IMG/VR virus record: IMGVR_UViG_3300010352_000682
Strand: one strand, 5' to 3'
DNA length: 64,000 bases
Source: an uncultured virus (IMG/VR IMGVR_UViG_3300010352_000682)
Lineage: Duplodnaviria; Heunggongvirae; Uroviricota; Caudoviricetes
The notes beneath the pieces were generated by a model. It saw nothing but the letters and a program-made list of their open reading frames with translations. It was not told where the DNA came from and searched no databases. Positions 47,218-54,342 of the stretch are shown in pieces (position 1 is the stretch's first letter; every line of letters begins with the position of its first letter). The position numbers and the translations under genes are program-made.

Positions 47218-48710
47218 TAGATATTTAAAATTTCATCGTCCGTAGTTAATTCACACATTTTTATCCAACCACGAGTTGTTAATACAGGATGTTCAGCGGT
47301 AGCTTTTATAGATGAACCATCTTCAAGAGTGATTTCATATATCTCTGCATCTTTTTGTGTCAATCTAACGTCAAAATAATCTGATATGGTAGACTTTTTA
47401 TTATCTTCGTCATAACAATAGACCTTACCAGTTTTACCAACTAGGTCTTTTATGGCTATATCTCCATCAACAGTATTAACTATGGTATCACCTGTTAGAC
47501 AGTGGTTATTTTCATCTGGATAATCACTGATTATTTCATCATCTTTGTTTCGTGTGTATTCATATGTTAAAAATTCATCAGCAGCAACAGGGCATCTTGC
47601 TAAGTCAATATAGATATGACTAAGAGATTGTAGCCATTTCATTGAATATTCAATACTTCCGGGTCCTTTTTCAGCACCCCTCGTATTACTGCCGTAAGAA
47701 CGAAAGTCTGAAATTGATTTAGGTTCCGCGCTATCAGCAGTAATTAGGTCTGAGCCAATGACACCTTTCTTTTCTACAAGGTCATTCCAGACTTCTATAT
47801 TCCCCTTTTTATTTACAACATATTCATCATAAATATAAAGGTCACGTCTAGCACTATCATAGTACACCTTAACCCACGCAAACGGGTCAGGATACCATCC
47901 CCAGTCAACGCCCATGTAGATTCTATCAAATGTTTTAATCTGTTCATCTGTGATGGGCTTTACTTTGACATTTTCAAAGACATTACCACCATCACCGATT
48001 GCTTCACCTAAATATTCGTGTGTATATGCACGTGGATTTATGGCTTTTAACCAATCAGCTTCATCATAAAATGATTCTCCTAACCACTCTCTTGGCACAT
48101 CTAAATAACTTGATTTAATACACAGTGTATCTGGTCTATCAACTAATATATCTTTGTTTGCCCAATTTGATGCAGAAATAGGTGGGTTAAATGAACGAAA
48201 ATCCCAAAATTTATCTCCACCACGCATAGTGGACTGTAATACCTTACGAATTTCAGCATCACCAGCATATTGATCTTCTTCCTCAAACCATGTAACTCCA
48301 ATATAACCAAAGGGTAATTTAATAGATTTAATTTTTCCCGGATCATCCAGACCAAAGAACATAATTTTTTGTCCTGTTGGTCTATAAATCATTTCCATTG
48401 GGTTAACTTTAAACTTATAAAGAGAATAAAGTCCATCAGTTTGATCAATACCCCATTGCATTTGACCATATACAGAATTTTTTAATGTGTTTCCCACTTT
48501 ACGAAATACACAAGCATGAACATTAGGATTATTTATTATTATGTGTGGTATTATTTCGCTAATAAAGGATGATTTAGTAGAACCACGTCCGCCATATAAT
48601 TTATAATGTGTATATTCGTGATTCATAATATCTCTATATAAATCATAATATTTTGGTATTATTTTTTCTGAACCATGAAATATTACTTCTTGTTTATTGG
48701 TTCTTATCAA
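47214..48710 (-). CDS. terL: Terminase large subunit (PBSX type) N-extein fused to split intein N-part (95 aa, 47217-47501)
   Basis: GGRGSTKS, WFEE, SFNPP, GVDWGW..DP, ADSAEPKSI, DENNH|CLTGDT (intein block A), TAEHP (block B); TTG start after AGGAG, downstream of the promoter. Confidence 0.93.
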   Translation of the reverse strand: MIRTNKQEVIFHGSEKIIPKYYDLYRDIMNHEYTHYKLYGGRGSTKSSFISEIIPHIIINNPNVHACVFRKVGNTLKNSVYGQMQWGIDQTDGLYSLYKFKVNPMEMIYRPTGQKIMFFGLDDPGKIKSIKLPFGYIGVTWFEEEDQYAGDAEIRKVLQSTMRGGDKFWDFRSFNPPISASNWANKDILVDRPDTLCIKSSYLDVPREWLGESFYDEADWLKAINPRAYTHEYLGEAIGDGGNVFENVKVKPITDEQIKTFDRIYMGVDWGWYPDPFAWVKVYYDSARRDLYIYDEYVVNKKGNIEVWNDLVEKKGVIGSDLITADSAEPKSISDFRSYGSNTRGAEKGPGSIEYSMKWLQSLSHIYIDLARCPVAADEFLTYEYTRNKDDEIISDYPDENNHCLTGDTIVNTVDGDIAIKDLVGKTGKVYCYDEDNKKSTISDYFDVRLTQKDAEIYEITLEDGSSIKATAEHPVLTTRGWIKMCELTTDDEILNIY

Positions 48711-48744
48711 AAATAAATCACTCCTAAATGCATTCTTTGTGCAT

Positions 48745-48773
48745 ATTATACAGCAAATATTATACATTGTCAA
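48745..48773 (-). promoter_or_regulatory. Consensus promoter for terL
   Basis: TTGACA-17-TATAAT. Confidence 0.75.
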
Positions 48774-48780
48774 TAAAAAA

Positions 48781-48823
48781 AATAAAAATTAAGGAGCCAC
48801 CTACTCGCAATAGGTAGCTCCTT
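48781..48823 (-). terminator. Terminator after tRNA cluster 2
   Basis: AAGGAGCTACCTA/TAGGTGGCTCCTT stem followed by a T-rich tract. Confidence 0.7.
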
Positions 48824-48853
48824 TACTTTTTGATATTTGTATTAAAATTACCG

Positions 48854-48929
48854 TGGTGGAAAATGTAGGAGTTGAACCTCTCTACCTGTTCCCAAAACAG
48901 GTGTGCAGAACCGTTACACTTCATTCTCC
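48854..48929 (-). tRNA. tRNA-Pro(TGG), atypical
   Basis: CCTGT-TTTGGGA-ACAGG; G1-C72, weak T stem, CCA. Confidence 0.75.
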
Positions 48930-48932
48930 GTG

Positions 48933-49007
48933 TGGCGGGGTAAATAGGGTTTGAACCTATGACACACTGGTTAACAGCCAGCCGCTCTTCCTCTGAGCTA
49001 CTACCCC
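48933..49007 (-). tRNA. tRNA-Asn(GTT)
   Basis: GCTGG-CTGTTAA-CCAGT, GCCA. Confidence 0.92.
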
Positions 49008-49010
49008 ATA

Positions 49011-49088
49011 TGGCGGCTACGGTGAGATTTGAACTCACGATGTTCTGATAGACAGTCAGACGCATTAAACCAACTATGCTACATAGCC
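49011..49088 (-). tRNA. tRNA-Asp(GTC)
   Basis: TCTGA-CTGTCTA-TCAGA, GCCA. Confidence 0.92.
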
Positions 49089-49155
49089 CTATTGTGGCAT
49101 TTTCATTTTTAGGATAAAAGAAAAATTGTTGAGCCACATTCAAAAGAAAACCATG

Positions 49156-49231
49156 TGGTGGAATATGTGGGACTTGAACCCACGACATCCTGATTGCAAA
49201 TCAGGTACTCTCCCATCTGAGTTAATACCCC
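49156..49231 (-). tRNA. tRNA-Ala(TGC)
   Basis: CCTGA-TTTGCAA-TCAGG, G3-U70, ACCA. Confidence 0.92.
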
Positions 49232-49233
49232 AT

Positions 49234-49309
49234 TGGTAGCCCACCTTGGTGTCGAACCAAGAACCTATCCCTTATCATGGGATTGCTCTACCTGTTGAGC
49301 TAGTGGGCT
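49234..49309 (-). tRNA. tRNA-Ile(GAT)
   Basis: ATCCC-ATGATAA-GGGAT, ACCA. Confidence 0.9.
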
Positions 49310-49316
49310 ATATTTC

Positions 49317-49378
49317 TGGTGAGCATTTCCTCTCACCACGCAGGGGTTTTCATCTGCTATGCGTCCGCAAACACATAC
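49317..49378 (-). ncRNA. Candidate three-hairpin RNA
   Basis: TATGTGTT/GACGCATA, GCAG/CTGC and TGGTGAG/CTCACCA hairpins between the two tRNA-Ile genes. Confidence 0.4.
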
Positions 49379-49386
49379 CTCTATTC

Positions 49387-49463
49387 TGGTGCTCCTAAGT
49401 GGAATCGAACCACTAACCTATCTCTTATAAGGGGATTGCTCTAACCAATTGAGCTATAGGAGC
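49387..49463 (-). tRNA. tRNA-Ile(TAT)
   Basis: ATCCC-CTTATAA-GAGAT, canonical D and T arms, ACCA. Confidence 0.85.
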
Positions 49464-49467
49464 ATGT

Positions 49468-49543
49468 TGGTGCCACGAGGAAGAATTTGACTTCTGACGC
49501 TAGGTTCTTCGGACCTACGTTCTACCTACTGAGCTATCGTGGC
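49468..49543 (-). tRNA. tRNA-Phe(GAA), degenerate
   Basis: TAGGT-CCGAAGA-ACCTA (C33); T loop TCAAATT; D-stem mismatch. Confidence 0.65.
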
Positions 49544-49546
49544 ATA

Positions 49547-49626
49547 TGGTGGAGATAAGGAGAGTCGAACTCCTGTCCAGAACTTAGCACATCGGCCTTT
49601 CGCCCTGTCGAAACCAATCTATCCCC
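49547..49626 (-). ncRNA. Minimal tmRNA (tRNA-like domain only)
   Basis: 5' GGGGATAGATTGGTTTCGAC and 3' GGACAGGAGTTCGACTCTCCTTATCTCCACCA match the ends of tmRNA; G3-U70; only 18 nt inside helix 2. Confidence 0.82.
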
Positions 49627-49691
49627 ATATAGTGCTCATGCATATTGCTCACATCTAGGCTTGTGAGCAATATGCGAGAATCAGCCGCATT

Positions 49692-50498
49692 TCAGCATGT
49701 GACCTCCTTCAAAAGCTCCGAGTTATCTTGTATGCGTTTATTTGCTATATCACAATATGTAGTGTCTAATTCAAACCCAATGTAGTTGCGTTTATTCAAT
49801 AACGCCATTTTTGCCGTAGTACCGCTGCCCATAAATGGGTCAAAAACTATATCACCCTCGTTACTCCAAGAAAGTATATGGTCTTGTGCTAACAACTCTG
49901 GGAACACAGCAGGATGCTCAGTTTTATCATCGCCAGAAGTAAATCCAACATTATATCTCCAAATATTTGACCTTAACTGCAATTTACCTTCTGCGTCACT
50001 TCTTTTTTCTACTTTTTGAATTCCATCTTTAGTAATTCTTCCTGTCTTAATTCCACCTTTTGTTCTTGGTTTTCCGTTATCCAATCTATGTACTGTTTTA
50101 ATTTTTCCTTTTGTAAAAACAAACATATATTCAAACGTCTGCCAATAGCAATTGTTGCTTCCGCACGCTCCTGTTCCATTCTTTTCGTAAATCATAGTGT
50201 CGTGAAGGTTGAACCCAATTTCCTTAAAAAATAACGCTTGGCGGAACGATGTCCCCGTTTCGCTTCCTTTAATTGTTGCGTCAGCCACTATCCAAACCAC
50301 TACGCCGCCTTGCTTTGTTACTCGATATAATTCTTTTGCTATATCTTGAAACTTCTCAAAAGACCACTGTGCAATATTTCCGTTATATGTGCGTAGATTA
50401 TCGTATGGCGGCGAAGTAATCGTCAAATCAATACATTCATCATCTAATTGCTTCATTCCGTCAAGACAATCCATATTATAAATTTTATTTAATTCCAT
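49692..50498 (-). CDS. DNA methyltransferase, N4-C/N6-A beta class
   Basis: TSPPYDN, HPAVFP, DPFMGSGTT. Confidence 0.92.
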   Translation of the reverse strand: MELNKIYNMDCLDGMKQLDDECIDLTITSPPYDNLRTYNGNIAQWSFEKFQDIAKELYRVTKQGGVVVWIVADATIKGSETGTSFRQALFFKEIGFNLHDTMIYEKNGTGACGSNNCYWQTFEYMFVFTKGKIKTVHRLDNGKPRTKGGIKTGRITKDGIQKVEKRSDAEGKLQLRSNIWRYNVGFTSGDDKTEHPAVFPELLAQDHILSWSNEGDIVFDPFMGSGTTAKMALLNKRNYIGFELDTTYCDIANKRIQDNSELLKEVTC

Positions 50499-50539
50499 AT
50501 GTATAATCTCCCATCTTAATTCCGCACCAAACATCTGTT

Positions 50540-51010
50540 CTATGTTACTTTTGAATTGAACACAACTACCATACTCGGAAACGGTGCTGACTGAAGTTTA
50601 AAATTACCTTCCGGGTTCCACGATGGGAGAAGCCTATTAATAAACTTTAATCTGCCCTGTAAAAATCTAATCTCAGCTTTGTTATATATGTATTTGTGAA
50701 ACCATTTTGTATCCGTTCTCGATGGAATAAGCATTACGACGATAGTGTTTGGTTTTTTAGATTCCTCATAGCATTTCTTAACCCACGTTCCAATTTCTTT
50801 TCCATAAGGCGGGTTACAAAATACTGTTTCACCTTCCCAACTCTTTTTTAGTCCATCATCATCTGGTGTATAATACTTATCTGTTTTATGGTTGTATTCT
50901 TGACAACACGGATCTAGTGTAAAATTAAACTCTTTGTTAAGGCTATCATAAAAAGCCTGAGGCGTTTCCCATTCGTTCGAAATGCTACTAAAAAGAACTT
51001 CTGTATTCAT
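50540..51010 (-). CDS. Phage N6-adenine DNA methyltransferase (Dam family)
   Basis: EWETPQ, FTLDPC, VFCNPPYG, LIPSRTDTKWFH, APFPS. Confidence 0.9.
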   Translation of the reverse strand: MNTEVLFSSISNEWETPQAFYDSLNKEFNFTLDPCCQEYNHKTDKYYTPDDDGLKKSWEGETVFCNPPYGKEIGTWVKKCYEESKKPNTIVVMLIPSRTDTKWFHKYIYNKAEIRFLQGRLKFINRLLPSWNPEGNFKLQSAPFPSMVVVFNSKVT

Positions 51011-51088
51011 GTTTTTATCTCCTTTCTAAAATGTTAATAAAATTGCTATTTGGTTAATGTTTTTAATCAATTTATGATTGCAAAATAT

Positions 51089-51370
51089 TCAATATGGCTG
51101 ATATTCATAACTGCGGGCAACGTCGGTGTTGGAAATCAGCTTTTCCTCTTTAAGTGCGTCCCGTTCGGCTAACAAATTGCAAGCGCACCGTTCACATTCC
51201 GCTTCGTGTTTGTCAAACATTTTAATGGCGTAAATTGCAATATCTATTGCTTCAAGTTTGCGTTTCCACAATTCGGAAAAAGACGTGTCATGCACTGGCT
51301 CACTCGCCAATCTTCCGACAAGATTTGTCGCGTCAATCTCCAACTGCACGATTGCTTCTTCATTCGTCAT
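51089..51370 (-). CDS. Hypothetical protein
   Basis: MTNEEAI...EAIDIAIYAI phage motif; higher-GC block. Confidence 0.55.
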   Translation of the reverse strand: MTNEEAIVQLEIDATNLVGRLASEPVHDTSFSELWKRKLEAIDIAIYAIKMFDKHEAECERCACNLLAERDALKEEKLISNTDVARSYEYQPY

Positions 51371-51674
51371 TGCTGTCACCATCCTTCCGTTTGCCGTATG
51401 AGCAAAAATCATCATTGTCCATATCACAGTCAAACTGTGCGCCGCCCTCTTTGTCTCTATCTGCTAACTTCTCGCATTCACCGACAGTGGTGTATTTACG
51501 ATTCCAATAGCAACAGTCCTTGCACCGAACCACCTGTGCCTCCTCTCGCTTGTCTGCGGCTTTAAGCGCATCGGCGGCAGCTAACAAAATGGGGCGCAAC
51601 TCGTTTATTTCGCAATCAAGCTCGGTGTTGCTCTCTGCATCCCTCAATGCCTTTATCAGTTCAGTGTTTTCCAT
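51360..51674 (-). CDS. Hypothetical Cys-motif protein
   Basis: VVRCKDC.YW...DDFCSYGKRK phage motif. Confidence 0.6.
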   Translation of the reverse strand: MENTELIKALRDAESNTELDCEINELRPILLAAADALKAADKREEAQVVRCKDCCYWNRKYTTVGECEKLADRDKEGGAQFDCDMDNDDFCSYGKRKDGDSNDE

Positions 51675-52257
51675 CGTATTCCTCCACATATGCCCAGCTT
51701 TGGGGTGGGCGCTTGATTGTGTCATCCTCATATCTCAACCCTGTTGGCATTTCTGGCTTGTGAAACTCGCTCAGTTCCCTCGGCTTGTCGTAGATTTGCG
51801 GGGCAGATATGTGCCAGCCGTAGCCAGTATTTCCATTGAGATAATCGTTAAGCTCGATTGCGGATAAGCACGTTTCGCCCATCACATTCGGTCGGTTCAG
51901 CGTACCAATTTCCTCAAACACAGGCTGGTCATGTGGGCATATGGAGTAGTAAATCCCATACATCTTGTCGCAGACAAATTCTCCTATAATCTTTCCGTTT
52001 GCGTTGCCCCACGGTCTATTGTCGTGAAAAACATTCTTAATCCCCTTGCAATTCATGATGTTGTATTCTTTGGTCACAAAAGGCTGGTCTATCCAGTCCT
52101 TAAAGAGCGTGTGTTCCTTGTCATGTGTGCAGTAGATATAGCACTTGAACGGCGTTTCCAGCTTTGGGCGATTTTTGCGGACTTCAATGGTCTTTTTGCC
52201 ATTGCATATCAGCTCACACCATTGCGGGCGAATGCTGATTAGCACACACTTGTTCAT
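51661..52257 (-). CDS. ASCH domain protein
   Basis: VLISIRPQWCELI.NGKKTIEVRK, GKIIGEF, YGWHIS, RPPQSW. Confidence 0.8.
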   Translation of the reverse strand: MNKCVLISIRPQWCELICNGKKTIEVRKNRPKLETPFKCYIYCTHDKEHTLFKDWIDQPFVTKEYNIMNCKGIKNVFHDNRPWGNANGKIIGEFVCDKMYGIYYSICPHDQPVFEEIGTLNRPNVMGETCLSAIELNDYLNGNTGYGWHISAPQIYDKPRELSEFHKPEMPTGLRYEDDTIKRPPQSWAYVEEYDGKH

Positions 52258-52274
52258 AATCCCTCCTTGCTTAT

Positions 52275-52433
52275 TCATAAGCCCTCCCCATCAAATAGGC
52301 TTGTCTGCTCCGTATGAGCTGCAAATCCTAATTCTTTTGCTTTATAGTATGCCCATCCTTTTTTATAGTCATATTTTTCAGCAAGACTAACTAGATCGTT
52401 GTGGCTCTTAGGATTATCAATTTTTATGTTCAC
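52275..52433 (-). CDS. Small protein with a QTSLF motif near its C-terminus
   Basis: GTG start after GAGGGG; YKKGWAYYKAK...EQTSLF. Confidence 0.45.
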   Translation of the reverse strand: MNIKIDNPKSHNDLVSLAEKYDYKKGWAYYKAKELGFAAHTEQTSLFDGEGL

Positions 52434-52456
52434 ATATAATCGCCCCTCTGTATAAT

Positions 52457-52531
52457 TGGTACTCATACAAGGACTCGAACCCTGATTATTGGGGTAGAAA
52501 CCCAAAGTCCTATCCATTGAACGATATGAGC
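52457..52531 (-). tRNA. tRNA-Arg(TCT)
   Basis: TTGGG-TTTCTAC-CCCAA, A20, ACCA. Confidence 0.9.
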
Positions 52532-52654
52532 ATATAAAGATGTTTTTATCTTTCTTGGCAAGGTATCACATCAAACTTGCCGTTTTTCAACCTCAGACTG
52601 GTCAGGTTTACTTTCTAAAATTATATTAACGTAAACACTCTATTAATATAAAGT

Positions 52655-52730
52655 TGGCGCGGCCTAAAGGACTCGAACCTTTATCCTACAGTTTTGGAGA
52701 CTGGCATTTTTCCAGTTAAACTAAGTCCGC
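52655..52730 (-). tRNA. tRNA-Trp(CCA)
   Basis: CAGT-CTCCAAA-ACTG, GCCA. Confidence 0.88.
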
Positions 52731-52738
52731 ATATTTTC

Positions 52739-52799
52739 TAGGCGCTTTTTGAATAATCACATTCATTTTATGTAGATAAAAAATTGCTGTAAGCGCCTA
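52739..52799 (-). ncRNA. Candidate three-way-junction RNA with ACAGCAA strand
   Basis: 9-bp TAGGCGCTT/AAGCGCCTA closing stem plus two internal hairpins. Confidence 0.5.
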
Positions 52800-52803
52800 T
52801 TTT

Positions 52804-52882
52804 TGGAGGTAATGGCGGGATTCGAACCCACGAATACTGATTTTGCAGACCAGCGCCTTAGACCAGTCTTGGCTACATTACC
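52804..52882 (-). tRNA. tRNA-Cys(GCA)
   Basis: CTGGT-CTGCAAA-ATCAG, U73. Confidence 0.9.
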
Positions 52883-52883
52883 T

Positions 52884-52976
52884 TGGCGCGAGATATAGGA
52901 TTTGAACCTATACACACTTTTAATGTTACTGATGGATTAGCAATCCATTCCCTTACCAGATTAGGGTTAATCTCGC
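52884..52976 (-). tRNA. tRNA-Ser(GCT)
   Basis: ATGGA-TTGCTAA-TCCAT, long variable arm, G73. Confidence 0.9.
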
Positions 52977-52982
52977 ATATAG

Positions 52983-53069
52983 TGGTGGGTAAGGTTGGAC
53001 TCGAACCAACAGTGTTTCTAATGTCACGGTTTTACAGACCGCTTTCTTCACCAATTTGAATACTTGCCC
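52983..53069 (-). tRNA. tRNA-Tyr(GTA)
   Basis: GCGGT-CTGTAAA-ACCGT, long variable arm. Confidence 0.9.
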
Positions 53070-53094
53070 ATAAGTAAAGTGGTTAATTAAATAA

Positions 53095-53163
53095 GCGTGT
53101 ACCCCTGACGGATTCTAACCATCTTTACCACAAACATCAACGTCAATGTTTAGCGGCACACGC
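53095..53163 (-). ncRNA. tRNA-like RNA lacking D arm and CCA
   Basis: GCGTGTGCC/GGTACACGC closing stem, AAACATT/GATGTTT hairpin, T-arm-like GATGG-TTAGAAT-CCGTC. Confidence 0.5.
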
Positions 53164-53164
53164 A

Positions 53165-53252
53165 TGGCGCAAACGGTAGGATTTGAACCCACATGCCCTT
53201 TCAGACAATCAGTTTTCAGGACTGACACCTTTACCAACTCGGTCACGTTTGC
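53165..53252 (-). tRNA. tRNA-Ser(TGA), C33
   Basis: TCAGT-CCTGAAA-ACTGA, long variable arm, G73. Confidence 0.88.
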
Positions 53253-53259
53253 ATATAAA

Positions 53260-53335
53260 TGGTACTCTGTGTGGGACTCGAACCCACATCATAAGATTGA
53301 AAATCTTATATCTTAACCAGTTTGACTAACAGAGC
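53260..53335 (-). tRNA. tRNA-Glu(TTC)
   Basis: TAAGA-TTTTCAA-TCTTA, ACCA. Confidence 0.9.
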
Positions 53336-53437
53336 ATATAATGCCGCACTAAAAAACTTAGTATTAAGACGTCCTTACTAAGAAACTCTATGCGATTAGT
53401 TTTTTATGGTTCCGCTTCCTAGCGGTTTCCTTGAAAA

Positions 53438-53514
53438 TGGAGTACCATAAGGGATTTGAACCCTTACTAATAGAGTGGAGGTCTATTGTGCTTGCCATTA
53501 AACACTAATGGTAC
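53438..53514 (-). tRNA. tRNA-Gly(TCC), C33
   Basis: ATAGA-CCTCCAC-TCTAT, U73. Confidence 0.85.
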
Positions 53515-53517
53515 ATA

Positions 53518-53593
53518 TGGAGCTACCAAGAGGACTTGAACCCCCGACCCGCTGATTACAAAACAGCAGCTCTACCAACTGAGCTATGGTAGC
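53518..53593 (-). tRNA. tRNA-Thr(TGT)
   Basis: GCTG-T-TTTGTAA-T-CAGC, canonical D and T arms. Confidence 0.9.
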
Positions 53594-53612
53594 ATTTCTT
53601 ATGTGTGTATAT

Positions 53613-53641
53613 AATATACCACCATTAATATGAGAAGTCAA
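53613..53641 (-). promoter_or_regulatory. Promoter of tRNA cluster 3
   Basis: TTGACT-17-TATATT with TG extension. Confidence 0.65.
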
Positions 53642-53721
53642 TAGTTAATTTATATAAAAAGACGCGGCTTCAATAGTGCAAAATACACAAAAAATACAAA
53701 TCTCAATATACTAGAAGCACG

Positions 53722-53861
53722 TCTACTATTAGAAAATATGAAAAATGTTTAGATACAAAACATTAAAGGCGCGGCCTACTATAAGGAATTTCAAAAAATG
53801 TTTGGATACAAAACATTAGGGGCGGCACTATAATAGAGAATTTCAAAAAATGTTTGGATAC
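53722..53861. repeat. Three imperfect ~53-bp direct repeats
   Basis: Core AAAATGTTT(A/G)GATAC(AAAACATT) at 53742, 53795 and 53847. Confidence 0.8.
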
Positions 53862-53896
53862 GGGAGCGCTAGGCTGGTGGGGGTGCTCCCCCCTTC

Positions 53897-54085
53897 CCGG
53901 TTTCCTTCCCGGTTTCCTTCCCGGTTTCCTTCCCGGTTTCCTTCCCGGTTTCCTTCCCGGTTTCCTTCCCGGTTTCCTTCCTCTGTTCGTCCTTCCTCTG
54001 TTCGTCCTTCCTCTGTTCGTCCTTCCTCTGTTCGTCCTTCCTCTGTTCGTCCTTCCTCTGTTCGTCCTTCCTCTGTTCGTCCTTC
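53897..54085. repeat. Adjacent perfect tandem repeats: 7 x CCGGTTTCCTTC and 7 x CTCTGTTCGTCCTTC
   Basis: 53897-53980 (84 bp) and 53981-54085 (105 bp). Confidence 0.95.
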
Positions 54086-54342
54086 CTCTCCCCGTGTTCG
54101 TCATTTTGCACAGATTTTTCACTCGATAGTTATGCAATAGTACCAATGAATAGTATGCACAATAGGTGTATAAAAATACATAGGTGTTATAACGCGCTAT
54201 AATGCGCTGTATTGCATTATATCTACTGCCGTATAATTTGACATGGTAATATATAAACGCGCTCATACGTGGCTACAGAGCGCTACAGTGACATATAATA
54301 GGTATAATAAATGCCCACGTCATATTAAACGTGGGCAAATAG

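Noticed and set aside
48823..49188. 121-aa ORF, and similarly 23099-23311 and 23531-23722
   Set aside because: These overlap clear tRNA genes
52457..52531. Amber suppressor (CTA) reading of the tRNA loop TTTCTAC
   Set aside because: The 7-nt loop centres on TCT, A20 supports Arg identity, and genes are intact under code 11
53722..54085. CRISPR array
   Set aside because: The 12- and 15-bp units are head-to-tail with no spacers; the ~53-bp repeats have short, mutually similar intervening sequence; the Cas4-like gene sits in the recombination module
53763..54266. ORFs spanning the 12/15-bp repeats on both strands
   Set aside because: They are open only because the repeat units lack stop codons; no convincing RBS
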